Source of the DNA: Rhodospirillales bacterium
GTDB lineage: Bacteria; Pseudomonadota; Alphaproteobacteria; Rhodospirillales; 2-12-FULL-67-15
NCBI GenBank assembly: GCA_016872535.1
Contig: VGZQ01000001.1
Location: 1-63,138 of the forward strand
Reading direction: 5' to 3'
DNA length: 63,138 nt
Each line of letters begins with the position of its first letter. The stretch's first letter is position 1. The notes below the pieces were generated by a model. It was not told the DNA's origin and made no database searches. It was given only the letters and a program-made list of their open reading frames with translations. Made by a program: the position numbers and the translations under genes. Positions 9,611 to 18,516 of this stretch are shown here, piece after piece.

Positions 9611-10573
9611 TCAGCGCACCAGGCCGATGGAGCGGAGCGTTGTCTCGACCCGCGAGCGTTCGTCCTTGAGGAAGGCCTCGAATTCGGCCGTCGGCATATA
9701 GGCGTCGATCCAGCCGCGCTTTTCCAGGATCGCCTTCCATTGCGGCGACTTGACCATCTTGTCGACCGCGTCGGCGAGAGCCTTCCTGTCGGCCGCCGAA
9801 ATGCCGGGCGGCGCGACCACGCCGCGCCAGTTGGAGAAGACGAGATCGACGCCCTGCTCGCGGAAGGTCGGCGCGTCGATCCCCGGAATCCGCTTGTCGC
9901 TCGAAACCGCGAGATAGCGCATTGTTCCGGCCTGGACCTGATCGAGGAATTCGGACGCGCTGTTGACGCCGAGCGTAACGTGCCCGCCGAGAATGGTCGC
10001 CATCGCCTGCCCACCGCCCGAATGCGCCACGTAGTTGATCTTGGCCGGATCGGCCCCTACCGCCTTGGCGAACAGGCCCGCGGTCATCTGGTCGGCGCCG
10101 CCCGCCGAGCCGCCGCCCCACGACACCGCGCCAGGATTGGTCTTGAGCCGTTGGATCAGGTCAGCGATCGATTTGAGATCGGAGTTCTTCAACACCGCAA
10201 TCGATTGCCATTCCTGGGTCAGGCGCGCGATCGGCGTAACATGGGAGAAATTGACCGGCGACTTGTTGGTCAGGATCGCGCCGGCCATGACGAGGCCGGT
10301 CGCCATCAGCGCCTTGCCGTCGCGTTCGCGCTTGACGAACTGGGCGAGCCCGATGGTCCCGCCCGCTCCGGTCACGTTCTCGACCTGAACCGAGCGGACG
10401 ATGCCGGCGCCCTGCAACGCTTCCTGCATGGCGCGCGCGGTGCCGTCCCAACCGCCGCCGGGCGCCGCCGGGGCCATGATGTAAAGCTGATCCAACGCGT
10501 GGGACGGATAGGCGATCGCCAATAGGCCGAGCGCGAGCGTAGCGCGGGCGAAACGCGAGAAGCGGCGCGACAT
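9611..10573 (-). CDS. tctC: tripartite tricarboxylate transporter substrate-binding protein TctC (Bug family)
   Basis: Signal peptide MSRRFSRFARATLALGLLAIAYPSHA followed by a Bug-family core (VENVTGAGGTIG...). Trimmed from the 541-aa open frame to the ATG at 10573. Confidence 0.85.
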   Translation of the reverse strand: MSRRFSRFARATLALGLLAIAYPSHALDQLYIMAPAAPGGGWDGTARAMQEALQGAGIVRSVQVENVTGAGGTIGLAQFVKRERDGKALMATGLVMAGAILTNKSPVNFSHVTPIARLTQEWQSIAVLKNSDLKSIADLIQRLKTNPGAVSWGGGSAGGADQMTAGLFAKAVGADPAKINYVAHSGGGQAMATILGGHVTLGVNSASEFLDQVQAGTMRYLAVSSDKRIPGIDAPTFREQGVDLVFSNWRGVVAPPGISAADRKALADAVDKMVKSPQWKAILEKRGWIDAYMPTAEFEAFLKDERSRVETTLRSIGLVR

Positions 10574-10708
10574 GGGTTTCCTCCCCCGAAAATGACCCAA
10601 GACGTTAGCGTGCCGGCTCCGGTTCGACAATTCCCGATCCGCCGGCAACCGCCCGCCATCTCCCGGACCGTCGCCCATCACCGGCCGGGCTGCTATAGTG
10701 CCGCCGCC

Positions 10709-11347
10709 ATGCCCAGTCGCAAACGAAAACCCGCCTCGCAACCCGCCCGGCGCATCGTCGTCGGCATTTCCGGCGCGTCCGGCGCCATTCTCGGCGTCCG
10801 GCTGCTGCAGGTTCTGCGCGATCTCGGCATCGAAACGCACCTGGTGATGAGCAAGGCCGCCGAGCAGACGCTCGCCTACGAAACCGATTGGACGGGCGCC
10901 CGGGTGCGCAAGCTCGCCACGCGCGCCTATCACGTCAACGACGTCGCCGCGCCGATCTCGAGCGGATCGTTCCGCTCGCTTGGCATGATCGTGATGCCGT
11001 GTTCGGTCAAGACCATGTCGGAGATCGCGACCGGGGTTACCGGCAACCTGCTCGCGCGCGCGGCCGACGTCTGCCTCAAGGAGCGCCGTCCTCTGGTGCT
11101 GGCGGTACGCGAAACGCCGCTGCACGCGATTCACCTCCGCAACATGACGATCCTGGCCGAGATGGGCGTAATCATCGCGCCGCCGATGCCCGGGTTCTAC
11201 AGCCGGCCCAAGACCGTCGCCGACCTGGTCGACCACACGGTCGGGCGCGCGCTCGACCTGTTCGGGTTGGACGCCGGACTGGTGAAACGCTGGCGCGAAA
11301 CGGAAACGGCGGCGTTCGCGGCGGTCCGGCGCGCAGACAAGGATTAG
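10709..11347 (+). CDS. ubiX: flavin prenyltransferase UbiX (makes prFMN for UbiD enzymes)
   Basis: RIVVGISGASGAILGVRLLQVL...MIVMPCSVKTMSEIATG...RETPLH are canonical UbiX/Pad1 motifs. The start is set to the ATG at 10709. Confidence 0.9.
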   Translation: MPSRKRKPASQPARRIVVGISGASGAILGVRLLQVLRDLGIETHLVMSKAAEQTLAYETDWTGARVRKLATRAYHVNDVAAPISSGSFRSLGMIVMPCSVKTMSEIATGVTGNLLARAADVCLKERRPLVLAVRETPLHAIHLRNMTILAEMGVIIAPPMPGFYSRPKTVADLVDHTVGRALDLFGLDAGLVKRWRETETAAFAAVRRADKD

Positions 11348-11364
11348 GGGACAGGAAGACCATT

Positions 11365-11556
11365 ATGCCCCGCATCACCCTCGTGCCGAAAGCCTACCTG
11401 ACCCCCGACGGCGACGATGTCAAGCTGACCATGGTCGACGACGAAGGAATCCGGCGCGAATACGTTTTTTCGCGGAAAATCCTCGACCCGCTCATGAAAC
11501 GGCTCGAGGCCTTGCTCGACAAGGCCCCCGCCGAAACGCCCAGACGCAGACGATAA
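11365..11556 (+). CDS. hypothetical small protein (63 aa)
   Basis: The ATG at 11365 lies 17 nt after the ubiX stop. GC-rich third positions. I recognise no family. Confidence 0.45.
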   Translation: MPRITLVPKAYLTPDGDDVKLTMVDDEGIRREYVFSRKILDPLMKRLEALLDKAPAETPRRRR

Positions 11557-12051
11557 CTAGACGTAGGCGATAAAGCGCCCGCAAATCAAAACGCCGATCC
11601 AGGTGACCGCCGACAGCGCGCCGGAGACGCGCGCCGACCCGGGCGGCGGCGCGTGATCGGGCCACCGATCGGCGAGCGGCAGCAGCTTGCGGTGGAAGAT
11701 CGCGATGTTGACGAGGCCGAGGACGATCAGGGCCTGCTTGGCGTAGAACGCCGGATTGCGGACGTAGCTGGTGGCCTCGGTCACGAACAGCATCGCGCCG
11801 GTCACGGCCGCGAGCAGAAGTCCGCACGCCGCCACCGGCACGGCGATCTTGAGCATCGCCTTCGGCCGGATGCCCCGCCCAAGGCCCATCAAGCGCAAAT
11901 CCAAAATCAAAACCGATCCGACCAGGGTGGCAAAACCGAGGATGTGCCCGGTTTCGACGATCGGATAGAGCAGCACGCCGCCGCGCATCGCCTCGCCGAG
12001 CGCCGTGTGCTCGATGGCGAGCACCCACGCCGGTTCCTGGGCGGCGTGCAT
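11557..12051 (-). CDS. hypothetical integral membrane protein (about 4 TM)
   Basis: 164 aa hydrophobic protein, apparently co-transcribed with the upstream secreted 118-aa protein. Confidence 0.6.
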   Translation of the reverse strand: MHAAQEPAWVLAIEHTALGEAMRGGVLLYPIVETGHILGFATLVGSVLILDLRLMGLGRGIRPKAMLKIAVPVAACGLLLAAVTGAMLFVTEATSYVRNPAFYAKQALIVLGLVNIAIFHRKLLPLADRWPDHAPPPGSARVSGALSAVTWIGVLICGRFIAYV

Positions 12052-12063
12052 GGGCCGCGCGGC

Positions 12064-12420
12064 TCAGCGCAGTTCGACGGTCTTGCCGGCGACGACGATG
12101 CGCTCGGCGCGCAACTCGCCGGTCTTGTCGCGGTGCGGATAGCCGACCAGGGTCACGCGATCGCCGACCTTGAGGCTGTCCTCCGGAAGCCCGCGCGCCT
12201 GCATGCGGAAAAGCGGCGCTAAAATCGCGGTCCAGGTCTTGCCGTCGGCGTTGACGTCGATTTCGACGTGCGGGTTGACGTAGGAAACCCGCGCAATCGG
12301 GCCGGTGAGATTGAGCACGGTCGCCGAATCGTAGCCGCTCCAGCCGTGGTGCGCGGATAGGATCGGCGCGTTGAGAAATGCGAAAACGCCTACCGCCATC
12401 GCCGCGAGGTATCGGATCAT
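12064..12420 (-). CDS. hypothetical secreted protein
   Basis: Signal peptide MIRYLAAMAVGVFAFLNAPILSA followed by HHGWSGYD. 118 aa, predicted mostly beta-strand. Confidence 0.6.
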   Translation of the reverse strand: MIRYLAAMAVGVFAFLNAPILSAHHGWSGYDSATVLNLTGPIARVSYVNPHVEIDVNADGKTWTAILAPLFRMQARGLPEDSLKVGDRVTLVGYPHRDKTGELRAERIVVAGKTVELR

Positions 12421-12554
12421 CGTCGCCCTCCCAGGTTCGTACCGATTTTCGTTATAGCACGCGCTGGCCGGCGGCGCATGCGTCCCTGTCGCGCGACGAG
12501 AAAGACCTTATTCGGAATGGCGTGTTTCCTTTGTTCCATTCGTGATGCGCAAAT

Positions 12555-13754
12555 ATGTACACTGGGAATCCCGAGTATGGGCTTGTTGCAATGAAACGCA
12601 AACATGGGAAACCGGCCGCCCGGCGGGTACGTGGGACGGTCTTGTTCGTCGCCACGCGCAAGGGCGCGTGGATTTATCGCGCCGACGCGGCGCGGAAAAC
12701 ATGGAAGCCCGACGGGCCGCATTTCCTCGGCCATGTCGTCAGCCAGCTCGCGCTCGATCCGCGTGACGGCAAAACCCTGCTCGCGGCGGCGAAAACCGGC
12801 CACCTCGGCCCGACCATCTTCCGTTCGACCGATCTCGGGCGCACCTGGAAGGAGGCGGTCCGGCCGCCGGCGTTCGCCAAGGCGCCCGAGGGCCAGAAAG
12901 GCCGCGTCGTCGATCACACCTTCTGGCTGACGCCCGGCCACGTACGCGAACCGGGGGCGTGGTACGCGGGCACTTCGCCCCAGGGCCTGTTCCGCTCCGA
13001 GGACGGCGGCGTCACCTGGGAGCCGGTCTCCGGGCTCAACGACGACCCGCGCTATCGCGCCTACATGGGCGACGAGCAGGCCGGCACGCCCGACGGGCCG
13101 AAACTGCATTCGATCATTGTCGATCCGCGCGACCCTGCGCACCTCTATATGGCCATGTCGAGCGGCGGCGTGCACGAATCGACCGACCGCGGCCGAACGT
13201 GGACGCCGCTGTCGGACGGCCTCGACGTGGTCGAAGGATTCGAGCCCGGCAACCTCGCCTTTCACGATCCTCATTGTCTCCGGCTTTGCCCGACCAACCC
13301 CGATCGGATCTATCAGCAGAATCATTGCGGCATCTATCGGCTCGACCGGCCGGCGAAGACGTGGACGCGGATCGGAAAAAGCATGCCCAAGAAGATCGGC
13401 GACATCGGCTTTCCCCTGGTGGTGCATCCGCGCGATGCGGACACCGCCTGGGTATTCCCGATGGACGGCACCACCGTCTGGCCGCGCACCAGCCCGGGCG
13501 GGGCGCCGGCCGCCTACGTCACCCGCGACGGCGGTAAATCCTGGCGCCGACTCGATTCCGGATTGCCGAAGGCCCAGGCGTGGTGGACGGTGAAGCGCCA
13601 GGCCATGTGCGCGGATGCGGGCAGCCCGCTCGGCCTCTATCTCGGGACCACCAGCGGCGAATTGTGGATGGGCGCGAACGAGGGAGGCCGCTGGCGCTGC
13701 ATCGCGCGCCATTTGCCCGAAATCTACGCGGTCGAGGCGGCGGAATTGGGTTGA
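12555..13754 (+). CDS. BNR/Asp-box repeat beta-propeller protein (sialidase-like fold, no evident signal peptide)
   Basis: Repeated S-x-D-x-G-x-T-W boxes: STDLGRTW, SEDGGVTW, STDRGRTW, TRDGGKSW. The start could instead be the ATG at 12591. Confidence 0.75.
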   Translation: MYTGNPEYGLVAMKRKHGKPAARRVRGTVLFVATRKGAWIYRADAARKTWKPDGPHFLGHVVSQLALDPRDGKTLLAAAKTGHLGPTIFRSTDLGRTWKEAVRPPAFAKAPEGQKGRVVDHTFWLTPGHVREPGAWYAGTSPQGLFRSEDGGVTWEPVSGLNDDPRYRAYMGDEQAGTPDGPKLHSIIVDPRDPAHLYMAMSSGGVHESTDRGRTWTPLSDGLDVVEGFEPGNLAFHDPHCLRLCPTNPDRIYQQNHCGIYRLDRPAKTWTRIGKSMPKKIGDIGFPLVVHPRDADTAWVFPMDGTTVWPRTSPGGAPAAYVTRDGGKSWRRLDSGLPKAQAWWTVKRQAMCADAGSPLGLYLGTTSGELWMGANEGGRWRCIARHLPEIYAVEAAELG

Positions 13755-13782
13755 GACCGCTCCCGCCCGAAGAGCCGCCCCC

Positions 13783-14040
13783 ATGAAAGTCCTGATTCCC
13801 GGACTGCTCCGCTCCTATACCCGGCAGCGGGAGGTGGACGCGAAAGGCGCAACCCTCGCCGAGGTTCTCGCCGACCTCGACCGACGCTATCCGGGCCTGC
13901 GCTTCCGCATCGTCGACGAGCAAGACCGCATCCGTCCGCATATCCGGGTATTCCTCGACGGCCGCCAGGTGCACGACCTGGCGATGCCGGTCGGCATCGA
14001 GAGCGAAGTGCAGATCGTCCAGGCGCTGAGCGGGGGGTAG
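13783..14040 (+). CDS. MoaD/ThiS-family ubiquitin-like small protein ending in Gly-Gly
   Basis: 85 aa, MKVLIPGLLRSYT...VQIVQALSGG*. The length and C-terminal GG fit sulfur-carrier or ubiquitin-like proteins. It starts 28 nt after the BNR gene. Confidence 0.7.
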   Translation: MKVLIPGLLRSYTRQREVDAKGATLAEVLADLDRRYPGLRFRIVDEQDRIRPHIRVFLDGRQVHDLAMPVGIESEVQIVQALSGG

Positions 14041-14047
14041 AAACCGC

Positions 14048-15535
14048 TCAGTCGCCCGCCGGATAGCTCATCGGGCAGGCTTCCTCCGCCGTGCGGCCGA
14101 GCGGGTCCCATTCCGGCAGGCTCGCCCACACGCGTTCGCCCGCTTCCTGCGCCTCGGCCCGCAACTCCGCGACATCGACGTTCGGAATGACGCCGCCTTC
14201 CATGCACACACGGCCGTCGACGATGACGGTGTCCACGTCGTCGCCGACGCCGCATTCGACCAGGCTCTTGATCGGATCGCGGATCGGGCCGAAACGCAGC
14301 GAATTGCGCCCGGCGAAGTCGATGATGACGATATCGGCGCGCGCGCCCGGCGCGAGCCGTCCCAGATCGTCGCGCCCGAGGGAAATCGCGCCGCCCAAGG
14401 TCGCCGCCGCGAACACCTCGGCCGCGGTCGCGGCCAAATAGGTGTGGCTCATGATCTTGCCGAGGTACGACGCGCAGCGCATGTTGAGGACCATGTCGCG
14501 CGGATAGGTGTCGGAGCCGAGGGCGATGTTGACGCCCGCCGCGCGGTATTTCTTCCAATTATCCAGGGTGCGGGCGCGCCGCACGATGTTGATCGGGCAA
14601 TGGGAAATGGAAGTGCCGGCCCGGCCCATCAATTCCAGGTCGCGGGCGCGCGAATAATTGAGGTTCGAGTTGTCGGCGACGAAATTGCCGTGCCCGATGT
14701 TGAGGGTCGGGCGCAGCATACCTAAGGATTCGAGCAGCTCGATCGGCGTACACCCGTGCTCGCGCACCACGTCGTGGAATTCGAGCACGCTGTAGGCGGC
14801 ATGGGTCGCCATCGGCAATTTCAGGCGATCGGCGGCCTCGCGGGTGCGCTTCAGGACCTCGACGCTCGAGGTTTCCACCTCGCGCGGCACCAGGATGCCG
14901 CGTACGCGCCCTTCGGCCTTGCCGTCGTGCCGGGCGATCCAATCGAGCGCGGTGGCAAGGCCGTCGAGGCCCGCCTGATCGTTGCGCACGCGCTTCAAAC
15001 GCCCTTTGTCGTCGCCGACCCAGCGTCCGCAGTCGTAGCCTGGCGCAAGATACGCGCGCGTACCCAAGCGCTCGACTTGGGCCAACAGCGCGTCCTGGAC
15101 CTTCAACTGGCTTCCGTATTCGACGAAGGTGGTGACCCCGTTGCGCAGCAGCTCGACGACCGTGAAGCGGGCATTGAGGCGGAACGCGGCTTCGGCGCCT
15201 TCGTCGCCGTGTTTCAGATAACGCGGATCGCCCTTGACCACCCTGCCTTCCTTCGGCACCGAGATTTCGAGAAACGGCTGGCCGAAGTATTCGGGACGGC
15301 CGACATCGGCGATCAGGCGGTGCGAGGCGCGATGGCCGGAATGGACGTGGGTGTCGATGAATCCCGGCGCGACCAGCTTACCTTTGGCATCGATGGTCCG
15401 GTCGGCGCGGCCGGCGAAAGACTTGCCGACGTGGAGAATCTTGTCGCCTTCGAACACCACGACCCCGTCGCGGATCAGGACGTGCCCACCCCGATCGAAG
15501 CCGACCACCCAACCGCCCTCGATTTTCACGCGCAT
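14048..15535 (-). CDS. metal-dependent amidohydrolase (chlorohydrolase/deaminase superfamily)
   Basis: PGFIDTHVHSGH carries the HxH metal motif. 495 aa. Last gene of the UbiD-TRAP operon. Confidence 0.8.
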   Translation of the reverse strand: MRVKIEGGWVVGFDRGGHVLIRDGVVVFEGDKILHVGKSFAGRADRTIDAKGKLVAPGFIDTHVHSGHRASHRLIADVGRPEYFGQPFLEISVPKEGRVVKGDPRYLKHGDEGAEAAFRLNARFTVVELLRNGVTTFVEYGSQLKVQDALLAQVERLGTRAYLAPGYDCGRWVGDDKGRLKRVRNDQAGLDGLATALDWIARHDGKAEGRVRGILVPREVETSSVEVLKRTREAADRLKLPMATHAAYSVLEFHDVVREHGCTPIELLESLGMLRPTLNIGHGNFVADNSNLNYSRARDLELMGRAGTSISHCPINIVRRARTLDNWKKYRAAGVNIALGSDTYPRDMVLNMRCASYLGKIMSHTYLAATAAEVFAAATLGGAISLGRDDLGRLAPGARADIVIIDFAGRNSLRFGPIRDPIKSLVECGVGDDVDTVIVDGRVCMEGGVIPNVDVAELRAEAQEAGERVWASLPEWDPLGRTAEEACPMSYPAGD

Positions 15536-15538
15536 GAC

Positions 15539-17440
15539 CTAGACCTCCGAATCCGACATGATCTTTTGCCGCCGCGGCACGATTTTGCAGCGCCAGTATT
15601 GCCAGCCAAAAATCAGCACGATCCCGCCGACGCCGATCAGGTCGGTGAGCGGATCGGGATCGACCAGAAGCGGCGACAGCACGAACAGGACGATTCGCGC
15701 CGGCCAGGCGATCGGCCCCAGGAAAAATCCGCCGAGCGCGGACGAAAACGCGAAGATTCCGAAACCGGCGGTCGCGATCACGCGCGCGATCCGCCACGGC
15801 TCGCCCTGCAGCAGGATACCCTGGTCGAAGACGAAGGCGAACGGGATCATGAATCCCGGCACCGCGATCAGGAAGGCGTACCAGCCGGTGGTCCATAGGC
15901 TGGCGCCGCTGATGCCGGCGGCGGCGTAGGCCGCGAGCGCGACCGGCGGCGTCACCATCGACAGCACCGCGAAATAGAAGATGAACATGTGCGCGGCGAG
16001 CGCCGGCACGCCCAGATGTTGCAAGGCGGGACCGACCAGCACCGCGGCGACCAGGTAAGCGGCCGAGGTCGGCATGCCCATGCCGAAAACCAGCGTCAGC
16101 GCCATCGCGCCGACGAGCGAGATCATCAGCGAATCGCCGGCGACATGGAGCAGCCAGCGTTCCAGGTTGAGCGCCATGCCGCTTTGCACCAGCACGCCGA
16201 CGATGATGCCGGCGACCGCCGACGGGATCGCGACTTCGGCTGCGGCGCGCGCGCCGCCGATCACCGCCTCGTACATGGCGGAGAGGCTCATGCGGGTCGA
16301 GGCACGCACGAAGGCGACGGCGACGATGGCCACGACCGACGCGGCCCCGACCAGCCGCAGCGAGAATCCCTCGAACAGCAAGTAAATCATTATCCCGAGC
16401 GGCAGCAGAATGTGCCAGCGTTCGCGCAAACCGGCAAAGGATTCGGCGATCGGCAATTCGGTGCTGGGGGCGAGGCCGTGGCGGCGGCTGTGGCTATCCA
16501 CCACCACGTACAGCGACAGGTAATAAAGCGCCGCCGGCACGATGGCGGCGAAAGCGACCGAGGCGTAGCTGACGCCGACAATGTCGGCGAGGATGAAAGC
16601 CGCCGCCCCCATCACCGGCGGCGCGAGCTGCCCGCCGGTCGAGGCGGTCGCCTCGATCGCGCCGGCGAGCGTGCCCTTGAACTTGGTCCGCTTCATCAGC
16701 GGGATGGTCATGATTCCGCTGATCAACACGTTGGCGACCGCGCTGCCGGAAACGGTACCGAACAGACCCGATGAAATCACCGCCGCCTTGCCCGCGCCGC
16801 CCCAGGCGCGCCCGGTGGCGCAATAGGCGAGATCGACGAACAGCTTGCCCGCGCCGGAGCGTTCCAGGAACGCGCCGACCACGACGAAATAGAACACCAT
16901 GTGGGCCGACGCCGAAATGGGCGTGCCGAAGATCGCCTGGGTCGAGAGCACTTGCAGATCGACGAAGCGCATCAGGCTCATGCCGCGGTGCGACAGCACC
17001 CCCGGCAGGTAGGGCCCGAGAAAGACGTAGGCGATGAAGATCACCGCCACCAGCATCAGCACTATCCCGGCGATGCGCCGGCAGGCCTCGAGTAAAAGCA
17101 GAATCAACAGCAGCCCGAACGCGTAATCGAGGGGCAATACCTCGTCGACGCCCTCGATCCGTTCGGAAATGCGCAAACCCTGGGACGCGAAGTACCCGGC
17201 GCACGCGAGCGCCAGGATCGCGCACAACACGTCGACGGCGGGAACGCCGTCCTCGGGCTTGCGCCGCGCGTTCCAACCGATGACCAGGAAAACGATCGCC
17301 GTCGTCGCCCCGACGTGGATGCCGAGAAAGGCGACTTCGTAGATCGAGCGGCCGAGAGCAAGCGGCGCGAACTCGACCGCCGTCAGCGCGAGCGCGATGA
17401 ACCCGAGGAAAAGACGAGCATGGGCGGCCGGAAGTACCAC
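15539..17440 (-). CDS. TRAP transporter fused permease (TAXI type)
   Basis: 633-aa polytopic protein directly downstream of a TAXI solute-binding protein. Confidence 0.85.
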   Translation of the reverse strand: MVLPAAHARLFLGFIALALTAVEFAPLALGRSIYEVAFLGIHVGATTAIVFLVIGWNARRKPEDGVPAVDVLCAILALACAGYFASQGLRISERIEGVDEVLPLDYAFGLLLILLLLEACRRIAGIVLMLVAVIFIAYVFLGPYLPGVLSHRGMSLMRFVDLQVLSTQAIFGTPISASAHMVFYFVVVGAFLERSGAGKLFVDLAYCATGRAWGGAGKAAVISSGLFGTVSGSAVANVLISGIMTIPLMKRTKFKGTLAGAIEATASTGGQLAPPVMGAAAFILADIVGVSYASVAFAAIVPAALYYLSLYVVVDSHSRRHGLAPSTELPIAESFAGLRERWHILLPLGIMIYLLFEGFSLRLVGAASVVAIVAVAFVRASTRMSLSAMYEAVIGGARAAAEVAIPSAVAGIIVGVLVQSGMALNLERWLLHVAGDSLMISLVGAMALTLVFGMGMPTSAAYLVAAVLVGPALQHLGVPALAAHMFIFYFAVLSMVTPPVALAAYAAAGISGASLWTTGWYAFLIAVPGFMIPFAFVFDQGILLQGEPWRIARVIATAGFGIFAFSSALGGFFLGPIAWPARIVLFVLSPLLVDPDPLTDLIGVGGIVLIFGWQYWRCKIVPRRQKIMSDSEV

Positions 17441-17482
17441 GGAACGCCGAGTCCCCGCAACGGGCCGGCCGCCCGCATCCGC

Positions 17483-18472
17483 TTATTTCAGAAGCTTCGC
17501 TTCCTTGTAGTACTTGACCGCGCCGGGATGGAGCGGGCAGTTGCCGTTGAGCCCCGGTTCCGCCGCCCGCTTGGGATCGAAATCGGCTAGCGCGGCATGG
17601 ATCTTGGGCAGCTTGTCGGCGTTCTCCATCACCGTCTTGGTGAAGATGTAGGCGACGTCGTCGGAAACCGACGACGACACCAGGATGTTGGAGACCGCCA
17701 TCACCGTCTTCACCGGCGCGGCTTGGCCCTTGAAGGTGTTCGCCGGAATCTCGGCCGTCGCCCAGCCGTTCTTCTCGACCATGCCCTTGATGACCTTGTC
17801 GGGCAGCGGCAGCATGACCATCTCGTTGAGCGTGACGATCTGGGTCGCGGCCGGATGGCCCTTGGTCACCACGTGGGCCCAGCCGTGGGCTTGGCCGTCG
17901 CGGATGCTTTCGGCGGCGCCGGAACGTTCGGTCGCCTCGATCATGCCACCTTTCTTGGCGACGTCGTCCTTGCTGGACCCCAGCAGTTCGAGCACCTGGC
18001 GCACGCCCTGCTCGCCGGTGCCGCCGGCGCGCGTGGTGAGCAGGTGGAACTTGTTCTTGCCGGCGGCGATCTCCTCCCACGAAGTGATCCCCGACTTCTT
18101 GGTGACGAAGGTGCCGAAGTAGTAGATGTCGAGGCCGCCGATCAGGCCGCGCACCTTGGTTTGCTTCTCCTTGAACGCGCCGAAGCCGCCGCAGCCTTCG
18201 GCCGAGGTCACGGCGAAGCTGATGCCGAAATCCATTTCGCCCGACTGGATCAGCTTGATGTTGCCAACACCGCCCGCCTTGGGCAGCACGTTGATCGAGG
18301 AACCCGCCGGCAGTTTGGGCTTGACCAGTTCGGCCATGCCGGCGCCGTAATTGTACCAGGCCGAGCCGACCCCGACCGTGCCGAAGGCGAGATCGACCTT
18401 TTGCTGGGCGTGCGCCCCGGGAACGACGAGCAGCATCCCGGCGGCGATGGCGATTCCATGGATAACTTTCAT
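17483..18472 (-). CDS. TAXI-family TRAP transporter solute-binding protein
   Basis: Signal peptide MKVIHGIAIAAGMLLVVPGAHA. The core includes GVGSAWYNYG and GGVGNIKLIQSGEMDFG, typical of the TAXI (Imp-like) family. Trimmed to the ATG at 18472. Confidence 0.85.
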   Translation of the reverse strand: MKVIHGIAIAAGMLLVVPGAHAQQKVDLAFGTVGVGSAWYNYGAGMAELVKPKLPAGSSINVLPKAGGVGNIKLIQSGEMDFGISFAVTSAEGCGGFGAFKEKQTKVRGLIGGLDIYYFGTFVTKKSGITSWEEIAAGKNKFHLLTTRAGGTGEQGVRQVLELLGSSKDDVAKKGGMIEATERSGAAESIRDGQAHGWAHVVTKGHPAATQIVTLNEMVMLPLPDKVIKGMVEKNGWATAEIPANTFKGQAAPVKTVMAVSNILVSSSVSDDVAYIFTKTVMENADKLPKIHAALADFDPKRAAEPGLNGNCPLHPGAVKYYKEAKLLK

Positions 18473-18516
18473 GATATTTCTCCCTGTTTTGACGACGGTC
18501 GTTTCGTTGATTCCGA

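Noticed and set aside
9611-11236. Long N-terminal extensions in the ORF track for tctC, tctB, the TAXI SBP, ackA, sucD-like, ADH, soxD, dsrO, dsrA/B/C and others.
   Set aside because: The recognisable protein, such as a signal peptide or a conserved N-terminus, begins at an internal start. That start often has a Shine-Dalgarno sequence or ATGA coupling to the upstream gene. The extensions are low-complexity read-through of GC-rich spacers.
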